From: Macrostomum hystrix
Lineage: Eukaryota; Animalia; Platyhelminthes
DNA: 64,000 nucleotides
Reading direction: 5' to 3'
NCBI GenBank assembly: GCA_950097015.1
Contig: CATNEN010000010.1
Coordinates: forward strand, 310,001 to 374,000
Part shown: in pieces, positions 35,220 to 46,800 of the stretch
Layout: each line of letters begins with the position of its first letter
Position numbering within the stretch: position 1 is the first letter of the stretch
Translations under genes and position numbers: made by a program
The notes under the pieces: generated by a model
Seen by the model: only the letters and a program-made list of their open reading frames with translations
What the model was told of the DNA's origin: nothing
Database searches by the model: none

Positions 35220-38200
35220 TGGATTGCTAGTCTAGCCCATGGATGCTAGAAAAGAATGGATTGCTAGTCTATCCCATGGATGCTAGAAAAGAATGGATTG
35301 CTAGTCTAGCCCATGGATGCTAGAAAAGAATGGATTGCTAGTCTAGCCCATGGATGCTAGAAAAGAATGGATTGCTAGTCTAGCCCATGGATGCTAGAAA
35401 AGAATGGATTGCTAGTCTAGCCAACGGATGCTAGAAAAGAATGGATTGCTAGTCTATCCAACGGATGCTAGAAAAGAATGGATTGCTAGTCTAGCCCATG
35501 GATGCTAGAAAAGAATGGATTGCTAGTCTATCCCATGGATGCTAGAAAAGAATGGATTGCTAGTCTATCCCATGGATGCTAGAAAAGAATGGATTGCTAG
35601 TCTAGCCCATGGATGCTAGAAAAGAATGGATTGCTAGTCTATCCCATGGATGCTAGAAAAGAATGGATTGCTAGTCTATCCCATGGATGCTAGAAAAGAA
35701 TGGATTGCTAGTCTAGCCCATGGATGCTAGAAAAGAATGGATTGCTAGTCTATCCCATGGATGCTAGAAAAGAATGGATTGCTAGTCTATCCAACGGATG
35801 CTAGAAAAGAATGGATTGCTAGTCTATCCCATGGATGCTAGAAAAGAATGGATTGCTAGTCTATCCCATGGATGCTAGAAAAGAATGGATTGCTAGTCTA
35901 TCCCATAGATGCTAGAAAAGAATGGATTGCTAGTCTAGCCCATGGATGCTAGAAAAGAATGGATTGCTAGTCTATCCCATGGATGCTAGAAAAGAATGGA
36001 TTGCTAGTCTATCCCATGGATGCTAGAAAAGAATGGATTGCTAGTCTAGCCCATGGATGCTAGAAAAGAATGGATTGCTAGTCTAGCCCATGGATGCTAG
36101 AAAAGAATGGATTGCTAGTCTAGCCCATGGATGCTAGAAAAGAATGGATTGCTAGTCTAGCCCATGGATGCTAGAAAAGAATGGATTGCTAGTCTATCCC
36201 ATGGATGCTAGAAAAGAATGGATTGCTAGTCTAGCCCATGGATGCTAGAAAAGAATGGATTGCTAGTCTATCCCATGGATGCTAGAAAAGAATGGATTGC
36301 TAGTCTAGCCCATGGATGCTAGAAAAGAATGGATTGCTAGTCTATCCAACGGATGCTAGAAAAGAATGGATTGCTAGTCTAGCCCATGGATGCTAGAAAA
36401 GAATGGATTGCTAGTCTAGCCCATGGATGCTAGAAAAGAATGGATTGCTAGTCTATCCCATGGATGCTAGAAAAGAATGGATTGCTAGTCTAGCCCATGG
36501 ATGCTAGAAAAGAATGGATTGCTAGTCTATCCAACGGATGCTAGAAAAGAATGGATTGCTAGTCTAGCCCATGGATGCTAGAAAAGAATGGATTGCTAGT
36601 CTAGCCAACGGATGCTAGAAAAGAATGGATTGCTAGTCTATCCAACGGATGCTAGAAAAGAATGGATTGCTAGTCTATCACATGGATGCTAGAAAAGAAT
36701 GGATTGCTAGTCTAGCCCATGGATGCTAGAAAAGAATGGATTGCTAGTCTAGCCCATGGATGCTAGAAAAGAATGGATTGCTAGTCTAGCCCATGGATGC
36801 TAGAAAAGAATGGATTGCTAGTCTAGCCAACGGATGCTAGAAAGAATGGATTGCTAGTCTAGCCCACGGATGCTAGAAAAGAATGGATTGCTAGTCTAGC
36901 CCATGGATGCTAGAAAAGAATGGATTGCTAGTCTATCCCATGGATGCTAGAAAAGAATGGATTGCTAGTCTAGCCCATGGATGCTAGAAAAGAATGGATT
37001 GCTAGTCTATCCAACGGATGCTAGAAAAGAATGGATTGCTAGTCTAGCCCATGCATGCTAGAAAAGAATGGATTGCTAGTCTAGCCCATGGATGCTAGAA
37101 AAGAATGGATTGCTAGTCTAGCCCATGGATGCTAGAAAAGAATGGATTGCTAGTCTATCCCATGGATGCTAGAAAAGAATGGATTGCTAGTCTAGCCCAT
37201 GGATGCTAGAAAAGAATGGATTGCTAGTCTATCCCATGGATGCTAGAAAAGAATGGATTGCTAGTCTATCCCATGGATGCTAGAAAAGAATGGATTGCTA
37301 GTCTAGCCCATGGATGCTAGAAAAGAATGGATTGCTAGTCTAGCCCGTGGATGCTAGAAAAGAATGGATTGCTAGTCTATCCCATGGATGCTAGAAAAGA
37401 ATGGATTGCTAGTCTAGCCCATGGATGCTAGAAAAGAATGGATTGCTAGTCTAGCCCATGGATGCTAGAAAAGAATGGATTGCTAGTCTAGCCCATGGAT
37501 GCTAGAAAAGAATGGATTGCTAGTCTAGCCCATGGATGCTAGAAAAGAATGGATTGCTAGTCTAGCCCATGGATGCTAGAAAAGAATGGATTGCTAGTCT
37601 AGCCCATGGATGCTAGAAAAGAATGGATTGCTAGTCTAGCCAATGGATGCTAGAAAAGAATGGATTGCTAGTCTAGCCAACGGATGCTAGAAAAGAATGG
37701 ATTGCTAGTCTATCCAACGGATGCTAGAAAAGAATGGATTGCTAGTCTAGCCCATGGATGCTAGAAAAGAATGGATTGCTAGTCTATCCCATGGATGCTA
37801 GAAAAGAATGGATTGCTAGTCTAGCCCATGGATGCTAGAAAAGAATGGATTGCTAGTCTATCCCATGGATGCTAGAAAAGAATGGATTGCTAGTCTATCC
37901 CATGGATGCTAGAAAAGAATGGATTGCTAGTCTAGCCCATGCATGCTAGAAAAGAATGGATTGCTAGTCTAGCCCATGGATGCTAGAAAAGAATGGATTG
38001 CTAGTCTAGCCCATGGATGCTAGAAAAGAATGGATTGCTAGTCTAGCCCATGGATGCTAGAAAAGAATGGATTGCTAGTCTAGCCCATGGATGCTAGAAA
38101 AGAATGGATTGCTAGTCTAGCCCATGGATGCTAGAAAAGAATGGATTGCTAGTCTAGCCCATGGATGCTAGAAAAGAATGGATTGCTAGTCTAGCCAACG

Positions 38201-41200
38201 GATGCTAGAAAAGAATGGATTGCTAGTCTATCCAACGGATGCTAGAAAAGAATGGATTGCTAGTCTATCCCATGGATGCTAGAAAAGAATGGATTGCTAG
38301 TCTAGCCCATGGATGCTAGAAAAGAATGGATTGCTAGTCTAGCCCATGGATGCTAGAAAAGAATGGATTGCTAGTCTATCCAACGAATGCTAGAAAAGAA
38401 TGGATTGCTAGTCTATCCCATGGATGCTAGAAAAGAATGGATTGCTAGTCTATCCCATGGATGCTAGAAAAGAATGGATTGCTAGTCTATCCCATGGATG
38501 CTAGAAAAGAATGGATTGCTAGTCTAGCCCATGGATGCTAGAAAAGAATGGATTGCTAGTCTAGCCCATGGATGCTAGAAAAGAATGGATTGCTAGTCTA
38601 GCCAACGGATGCTAGAAAAGAATGGATTGCTAGTCTAGCCAACGGATGCTAGAAAAGAATGGATTGCTAGTCTATCCAACGGATGCTAGAAAAGAATGGA
38701 TTGCTAGTCTATCCCATGGATGCTAGAAAAGAATGGATTGCTAGTCTAGCCCATGGATGCTAGAAAAGAATGGATTGCTAGTCTAGCCCATGGATGCTAG
38801 AAAAGAATGGATTGCTAGTCTAGCCCACGGATGCTAGAAAAGAATGGATTGCTAGTCTAGCCCATGGATGCTAGAAAAGAATGGATTGCTAGTCTATCCC
38901 ATGGATGCTAGAAAAGAATGGATTGCTAGTCTAGCCCATGGATGCTAGAAAAGAATGGATTGCTAGTCTAGCCCATGGATGCTAGAAAAGAATGGATTGC
39001 TAGTCTAGCCCATGGATGCTAGAAAAGAATGGATTGCTAGTCTAGCCCATGGATGCTAGAAAAGAATGGATTGCTAGTCTAGCCCATGGATGCTAGAAAA
39101 GAATGGATTGCTAGTCTAGCCAACGGATGCTAGAAAAGAATGGATTGCTAGTCTATCCCATGGATGCTAGAAAAGAATGGATTGCTAGTCTAGCCCATGG
39201 ATGCTAGAAAAGAATGGATTGCTAGTCTATCCAACGGATGCTAGAAAAGAATGGATTGCTAGTCTAGCCCATGGATGCTAGAAAAGAATGGATTGCTAGT
39301 CTAGCCCATGCATGCTAGAAAAGAATGGATTGCTAGTCTAGCCCATGGATGCTAGAAAAGAATGGATTGCTAGTCTAGCCCATGGATGCTAGAAAAGAAT
39401 GGATTGCTAGTCTAGCCCATGCATGCTAGAAAAGAATGGATTGCTAGTCTAGCCCATGGATGCTAGAAAAGAATGGATTGCTAGTCTAGCCCATGGATGC
39501 TAGAAAAGAATGGATTGCTAGTCTAGCCCATGGATGCTAGAAAAGAATGGATTGCTAGTCTAGCCCATGGATGCTAGAAAAGAATGGATTGCTAGTCTAG
39601 CACATGGATGCTAGAAAAGAATGGATTGCTAGTCTATCCAACGGATGCTAGAAAAGAATGGATTGCTAGTCTATCCAACGGATGCTAGAAAAGAATGGAT
39701 TGCTAGTCTAGCCCATGGATGCTAGAAAAGAATGGATTGCTAGTCTATCCAACGGATGCTAGAAAAGAATGGATTGCTAGTCTAGCCCATGGATGCTAGA
39801 AAAGAATGGATTGCTAGTCTATCCCATGGATGCTAGAAAAGAATGGATTGCTAGTCTATCCCATGGATGCTAGAAAAGAATGGATTGCTAGTCTATCCCA
39901 TGGATGCTAGAAAAGAATGGATTGCTAGTCTAGCCCATGGATGCTAGAAAAGAATGGATTGCTAGTCTATCCAACGGATGCTAGAAAAGAATGGATTGCT
40001 AGTCTAGCCCATGGATGCTAGAAAAGAATGGATTGCTAGTCTAGCCCATGGATGCTAGAAAAGAATGGATTGCTAGTCTAGCCCATGCATGCTAGAAAAG
40101 AATGGATTGCTAGTCTAGCCCATGGATGCTAGAAAAGAATGGATTGCTAGTCTAGCACATGGATGCTAGAAAAGAATGGATTGCTAGTCTATCCAACGGA
40201 TGCTAGAAAAGAATGGATTGCTAGTCTATCCAACGGATGCTAGAAAAGAATGGATTGCTAGTCTATCCAACGGATGCTAGAAAAGAATGGATTGCTAGTC
40301 TATCCAACGGATGCTAGAAAAGAATGGATTGCTAGTCTAGCCCATGCATGCTAGAAAAGAATGGATTGCTAGTCTAGCCCATGGATGCTAGAAAAGAATG
40401 GATTGCTAGTCTAGCCCATGGATGCTAGAAAAGAATGGATTGCTAGTCTAGCCCATGCATGCTAGAAAAGAATGGATTGCTAGTCTAGCCCATGGATGCT
40501 AGAAAAGAATGGATTGCTAGTCTAGCCCATGGATGCTAGAAAAGAATGGATTGCTAGTCTAGCCCATGGATGCTAGAAAAGAATGGATTGCTAGTCTATC
40601 CCATGGATGCTAGAAAAGAATGGATTGCTAGTCTATCCAACGGATGCTAGAAAAGAATGGATTGCTAGTCTAGCCCACGGATGCTAGAAAAGAATGGATT
40701 GCTAGTCTAGCCCATGGATGCTAGAAAAGAATGGATTGCTAGTCTAGCCCATGGATGCTAGAAAAGAATGGATTGCTAGTCTAGCCCATGGATGCTAGAA
40801 AAGAATGGATTGCTAGTCTAGCCCATGGATGCTAGAAAAGAATGGATTGCTAGTCTAGCCCATGCATGCTAGAAAAGAATGGATTGCTAGTCTAGCCCAT
40901 GGATGCTAGAAAAGAATGGATTGCTAGTCTAGCACATGGATGCTAGAAAAGAATGGATTGCTAGTCTATCCAACGGATGCTAGAAAAGAATGGATTGCTA
41001 GTCTATCCAACGGATGCTAGAAAAGAATGGATTGCTAGTCTATCCCATGGATGCTAGAAAAGAATGGATTGCTAGTCTATCCCATGGATGCTAGAAAAGA
41101 ATGGATTGCTAGTCTAGCCCATGGATGCTAGAAAAGAATGGATTGCTAGTCTAGCCCATGGATGCTAGAAAGGAATGGATTGCTAGTCTAGCCCACGGAT

Positions 41201-42828
41201 GCTAGAAAAGAATGGATTGCTAGTCTAGCCCATGGATGCTAGAAAAGAATGGATTGCTAGTCTATCCAACGGATGCTAGAAAAGAATGGATTGCTAGTCT
41301 ATCCAACGGATGCTAGAAAAGAATGGATTGCTAGTCTATCCCATGGATGCTAGAAAAGAATGGATTGCTAGTCTATCCCATGGATGCTAGAAAAGAATGG
41401 ATTGCTAGTCTAGCCCATGGATGCTAGAAAAGAATGGATTGCTAGTCTAGCCCATGGATGCTAGAAAAGAATGGATTGCTAGTCTAGCACATGGATGCTA
41501 GAAAAGAATGGATTGCTAGTCTAGCACATGGATGCTAGAAAAGAATGGATTGCTAGTCTATCCAACGGATGCTAGAAAAGAATGGATTGCTAGTCTAGCC
41601 CATGGATGCTAGAAAAGAATGGATTGCTAGTCTAGCACATGGATGCTAGAAAAGAATGGATTGCTAGTCTATCCAACGGATGCTAGAAAAGAATGGATTG
41701 CTAGTCTATCCAACGGATGCTAGAAAAGAATGGATTGCTAGTCTAGCCCATGGATGCTAGAAAAGAATGGATTGCTAGTCTATCCCATGGATGCTAGAAA
41801 AGAATGGATTGCTAGTCTATCCCATGGATGCTAGAAAAGAATGGATTGCTAGTCTAGCACATGGATGCTAGAAAAGAATGGATTGCTAGTCTATCCCATG
41901 GATGCTAGAAAAGAATGGATTGCTAGTCTAGCCCATGGATGCTAGAAAAGAATGGATTGCTAGTCTATCCAACGGATGCTAGAAAAGAATGGATTGCTAG
42001 TCTAGCCCATGGATGCTAGAAAAGAATGGATTGCTAGTCTAGCCCATGGATGCTAGAAAAGAATGGATTGCTAGTCTATCCCATGGATGCTAGAAAAGAA
42101 TGGATTGCTAGTCTATCCCATGGATGCTAGAAAAGAATGGATTGCTAGTCTAGCCCATGGATGCTAGAAAAGAATGGATTGCTAGTCTAGCCCATGGATG
42201 CTAGAAAAGAATGGATTGCTAGTCTAGCCCATGGATGCTAGAAAAGAATGGATTGCTAGTCTATCCCATGGATGCTAGAAAAGAATGGATTGCTAGTCTA
42301 TCCCATGGATGCTAGAAAAGAATGGATTGCTAGTCTAGCCCATGGATGCTAGAAAAGAATGGATTGCTAGTCTAGCCCATGGATGCTAGAAAAGAATGGA
42401 TTGCTAGTCTAGCCCATGGATGCTAGAAAAGAATGGATTGCTAGTCTATCCCATGGATGCTAGAAAAGAATGGATTGCTAGTCTAGCCCATCTATGCTAG
42501 AAAAGAATGGATTGCTAGTCTAGCCCATGGATGCTAGAAAAGAATGGATTGCTAGTCTATCCCATGGATGCTAGAAAAGAATGGATTGCTAGTCTAGCCC
42601 ATGGATGCTAGAAAAGAATGGATTGCTAGTCTATCCCATGGATGCTAGAAAAGAATGGATTGCTAGTCTATCCCATGGATGCTAGAAAAGAATGGATTGC
42701 TAGTCTATCCCATGGATGCTAGAAAAGAATGGATTGCTAGTCTAGCCCATGGATGCTAGAAAAGAATGGATTGCTAGTCTATCCAACGGATGCTAGAAAA
42801 GAATGGATTGCTAGTCTATCCAACGGAT
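35220..42828. repeat. Large 37-bp satellite array (atggattgctagtctagcccatggatgctagaaaaga), about 205 copies, 7.6 kb
   Basis: Direct reading; period 37 between 35281 and 35318. Variation is almost confined to one 8-nt window per unit, and there are no unique spacers. Confidence 0.99.
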
Positions 42829-43394
42829 TCTTGACCTGCTTGAAATATATTTTGCTGGCCAGTCAATACTGGGTGGGTGGCAGGCGGGTCACCGCATCAG
42901 CAGCTCCAGGAGCTGTCATCGGGGCTGGATCGATGGCGGGCCGCGGACCTGTTCAGTGGCCAAGGGCCTCTCGAGTGCAGCCACCCCTGCTGGGCCTTGC
43001 AAGCCGACCCGGACTCGCTAGGCTGGGCGAAGCTGCTCCCTCATTGCCGCTCTGCCCCCATGGGAGGACTGGGGGAGGAACCGAGGGCTTCCGAATTCGC
43101 AGCAATGAATGCTGCTGCAGATGCTGCAAATGAAGCATGGCACCAACGCGATGAGCTCACAATGGGGGAACAAGGTGGGCGGTGGACTTCATTCACCTGC
43201 TCAGAATTTCACCCTCGGCCGGGCGTTGCAGCCCTGCAGAGGCCGGCCTTTTGTCCCCCGGCTGCTGGCCGGTACTCATTTCGCGGGCTCCGAGCACAAT
43301 CTGCGGCTTCAGCTTCATCACCGATGCTCGAATGCGCGCTTCCTCACCACCCCCAGCTGTGGCTGCTCTCAGTGGGATGAGACCGGCTGCACAC

Positions 43395-43446
43395 AGACAC
43401 ACTCACACACACACACACACACACTCACACACACACACACTCACAC
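43395..43446. repeat. (CA)n microsatellite, interrupted
   Basis: Direct reading. Confidence 0.95.
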
Positions 43447-43804
43447 AGCCTGTTCCTCTGTTCTCCTCTCTGTCTCTGTCGCTCTTGTAAGAAGCCTCTC
43501 AGAAGGGCACTTCCAAGGGGTCGCAGCGGCTTTGATTACACGCAGCTCTTCAACCCCCACCTCCTCGCTGCCCCTGCCGCGGTCCCGACGGCAGCATTAA
43601 TAATTCAGAACCGCTCTTGTCCTCAACGGGCGCGTAGTAAGAGATAAGGGATGCGCTAGGAAAATATCCCTTTCTCAGGCTCAGCCTCTCGGCTTTCGGC
43701 CTTGATGACTGGGAAAATTCTCCCATTAACTGAGTTCCCAATGTCGAGGAGAAAACAATTAGCTTGTGAACTACGCCGCTCCTCTTTCATTCACTGTGTT
43801 TCAG

Positions 43805-46800
43805 TCTGTGGCCACTGAGACTGTCAGCGACACTGTGAGCCCCGTGTTCGGAGTCTCCCTCATCAGCGGCTACAGATTCGAGGAGAGGCAGACTATCCAC
43901 GTAGAAGTGTGAGTCACTGCCTCTCTGATTGGCTCATGGACCAAATCTCTCTTATTGGCTCTTGGGTAGTAAGATTCACCACTCTATTCTCTGATTTGCT
44001 GACGGAAGTCTCTCCACTTAGAATGTCTCCACGGTCCTTCAGAGTAATCGCCCCCACCTCTCTGATCGGCTGGCTGGTAGAATTACACCTCACCTTTATG
44101 ATTGGTTGGCTGGTAGAATTACACCCCACCTCTATGATTGGTTGGCTGGTAGAATTACACCCCACCTCTATGATTGATTGGCTGGTAGAATTACACCCCA
44201 CCTCTATGATTGGTTGGCTGGTAGAATTACACCCCACCTCTATGATTGGTTGGCTGGTAGAATTACACCCCACCTCTATGATTGGTTGGCTGGTAGAATT
44301 ACACCCCACCTCTCTGATTGGTTGGCTGGTAGAATTACACCCCACCTCTATGATTGGTTGGCTGGTAGAATTACACCCCACCTCTATGATTGGTTGGCTG
44401 GTAGAATTACACCCCACCTCTCTGATTGGTTGGCTGGTAGAATTACACCCCACCTCTATGATTGGTTGGCTGGTAGAATTACACCCCACCTCTCTGATTG
44501 GTTGGCTGGTAGAATTACACCCCACCTCTCTGATCGGCTGGCTGGCAGAATCGTCTCCACCTCAGTGGCTGTCTGGTAGAAGTCTCCTGTCTTATTGGCA
44601 GGAATATTGAGGCCTCCTATACATTCTCTTTTATTGGCTGCAACGAACCCGCAGGTTCTCAGCGGACGCGGAAGCTGCCAGTCCCGAAGCAGCTGGCAGT
44701 CTGCCTGAGTTCGCCAGCGACCTGGAGTCACCACTGGCATCCGCCATTTCGTTCGTTCCGGAGCGTCAACAGGTAGCGGAGACCGCACATTATGCGGCGT
44801 CTCTGGTATCTTGCCTTCTGATACTGCAGCCAGAAAAGTGCAGTCGTGCAGTCCTGCATCTCGCTGCTCCTCACACGCGCATTCCATTCTCAACTAATCC
44901 CCCCATTAACCTGCTCAGTCCCGCCCCTGGAATTCGCCTCCGTGCCCCGGACTAGTGCGAGACTGCGCCTCAATCGATCCATAAATAACAGATTCCCTCA
45001 TGCTCTCCAGCCTGCCTACTTGCCTCCCTGCAGCCCCATTTCATAAACGGCTGAATGCCGCAGCTTTCACTCTGCCTCATCAGGGCCTGGGTCCACTGCA
45101 TCCCACCTGAGATAGAACCCAGCAATATGGGCCGATTCCAAACTCGGCAATTATTAAAATTGGGATAAGGAAAAATAGAAGTGCTGCTTGGATTGTCAGA
45201 CATTTATAGGCTGTGGTAAATTCTCTTTACCACTGAGTTTAGCTGGCAGCTTGGCTGTTCCTTGGAAAATCCCCTAATTATTTTCCGAACGAGTGGGAAA
45301 ATAATTCCAAGAGCGGTCTCCGGAAAATGCAATAAATGTGTAGGTGGAATCGTCAATTTTCTCACGAGTCTCTCAGGAGCATCTCACGAGTCACTCAGGA
45401 GCATCTCACGAGTCTCTCAGGAGCATCTCACGAGTCTCTCAGGAGCATCTCACGAGTCTCTCAGGAGCATCTCTCAGGAGCATCTCTCAGGAGCATCTCA
45501 CGAGTCTCTCAGGAGCATCTCTCAGGAGCATCTCTCAGGAGCATCTCTCAGGAGCATCTCACGAGTCTCTCAGGAGCATCTCTCAGGAGCATCTCTCAGG
45601 AGCATCTCACGAGTCTCTCAGGAGCATCTCTCAGGAGCATCTCTCAGGAGCATCTCACGAGTCTCTCAGGAGCATCTCTCAGGAGCATCCCACGAGTCTC
45701 TCAGGAGCATCTCTCAGGAGCATCTCACGAGTCTCTCAGGAGCATCTCTCAGGAGCATCTCTCAGGAGCATCTCTCAGGAGCATCTCACGAGTCTCTCAG
45801 GAGCATCTCTCAGGAGCATCTCTCAGGAGCATCTCACGAGTCTCTCAGGAGCATCTCTCAGGAGCATCTCTCAGGAGCATCTCACGAGTCTCTCAGGAGC
45901 ATCTCTCAGGAGCATCTCTCAGGAGCATCTCACGAGTCTCTCAGGAGCATCTCTCAGGAGCATCCCACGAGTCTCTCAGGAGCATCTCTCAGGAGCATCT
46001 CACGAGTCTCTCAGGAGCATCTCTCAGGAGCATCTCTCAGGAGCATCTCACGAGTCTCTCAGGAGCATCTCTCAGGAGCATCTCTCAGGAGCATCTCACG
46101 AGTCTCTCAGGAGCATCTCTCAGGAGCATCTCTCAGGAGCATCTCTCAGGAGCATCTCACGAGTCTCTCAGGAGCATCTCTCAGGAGCATCTCACGAGTC
46201 TCTCAGGAGCATCTCTCAGGAGCATCTCTCAGGAGCATCTCACGAGTCTCCCAGGAGCATCTCACGAGCATGTCACGAGGGTCTCTCAGGAGCATCTCAC
46301 GAGCATGTCACGAGGATCTCACGATATCCTCAAAGAGATTGTAGCCTAGTGGTTAGAGTTCACGACTTGAAGGTCGGGAGTTCGATTCCAGACTCCACTG
46401 GAACAATTTGTGTCCTTTAGCAAGACACTTAACTGTGCACTGCTTCAGTTCACCCAGCTTGTAAATGGGTGCCAGCATCAGCTGGGGTAACTGAGGATGG
46501 GTGTGGCGTCCACCCCCAGTCCATGGACTGAACAGCCGTACGCAGCCTTCAGATGCGCCAATGTGCTGCGGCTGCACATCTGACCCGATTGGGGCAGGTG
46601 TAAGACAAGTATTTATTATTTTTATCTCATGAGCATCCACAAGTGTCTCACACGTCGGTCAATTCCGGAATTCACAGAGGCAGCAGCGACTCATCGGTAG
46701 CTGCTCCATCAGCCTAGGTCACGTGATCCACTGCGGCGGCCGCGTCACCTGCTCGCTCAGGTGAGCTGCCATGCACATGGTTATTTTTGACACCCACTCG

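Noticed and set aside
35220-42828. CRISPR array (37-bp repeat length is CRISPR-like)
   Set aside because: Units are contiguous with no unique spacers, there are no cas genes, and the context is eukaryotic.
42850-43640. First coding exons of the copine
   Set aside because: Open frames exist, but none gives the C2A D.D..SKSDP motif or a phase-0 donor matching the 43805 acceptor.
46335-46400. Functional tRNA gene
   Set aside because: A and B boxes are present, but the anticodon arm is too short, no acceptor stem closes, and it runs into a SINE core domain.
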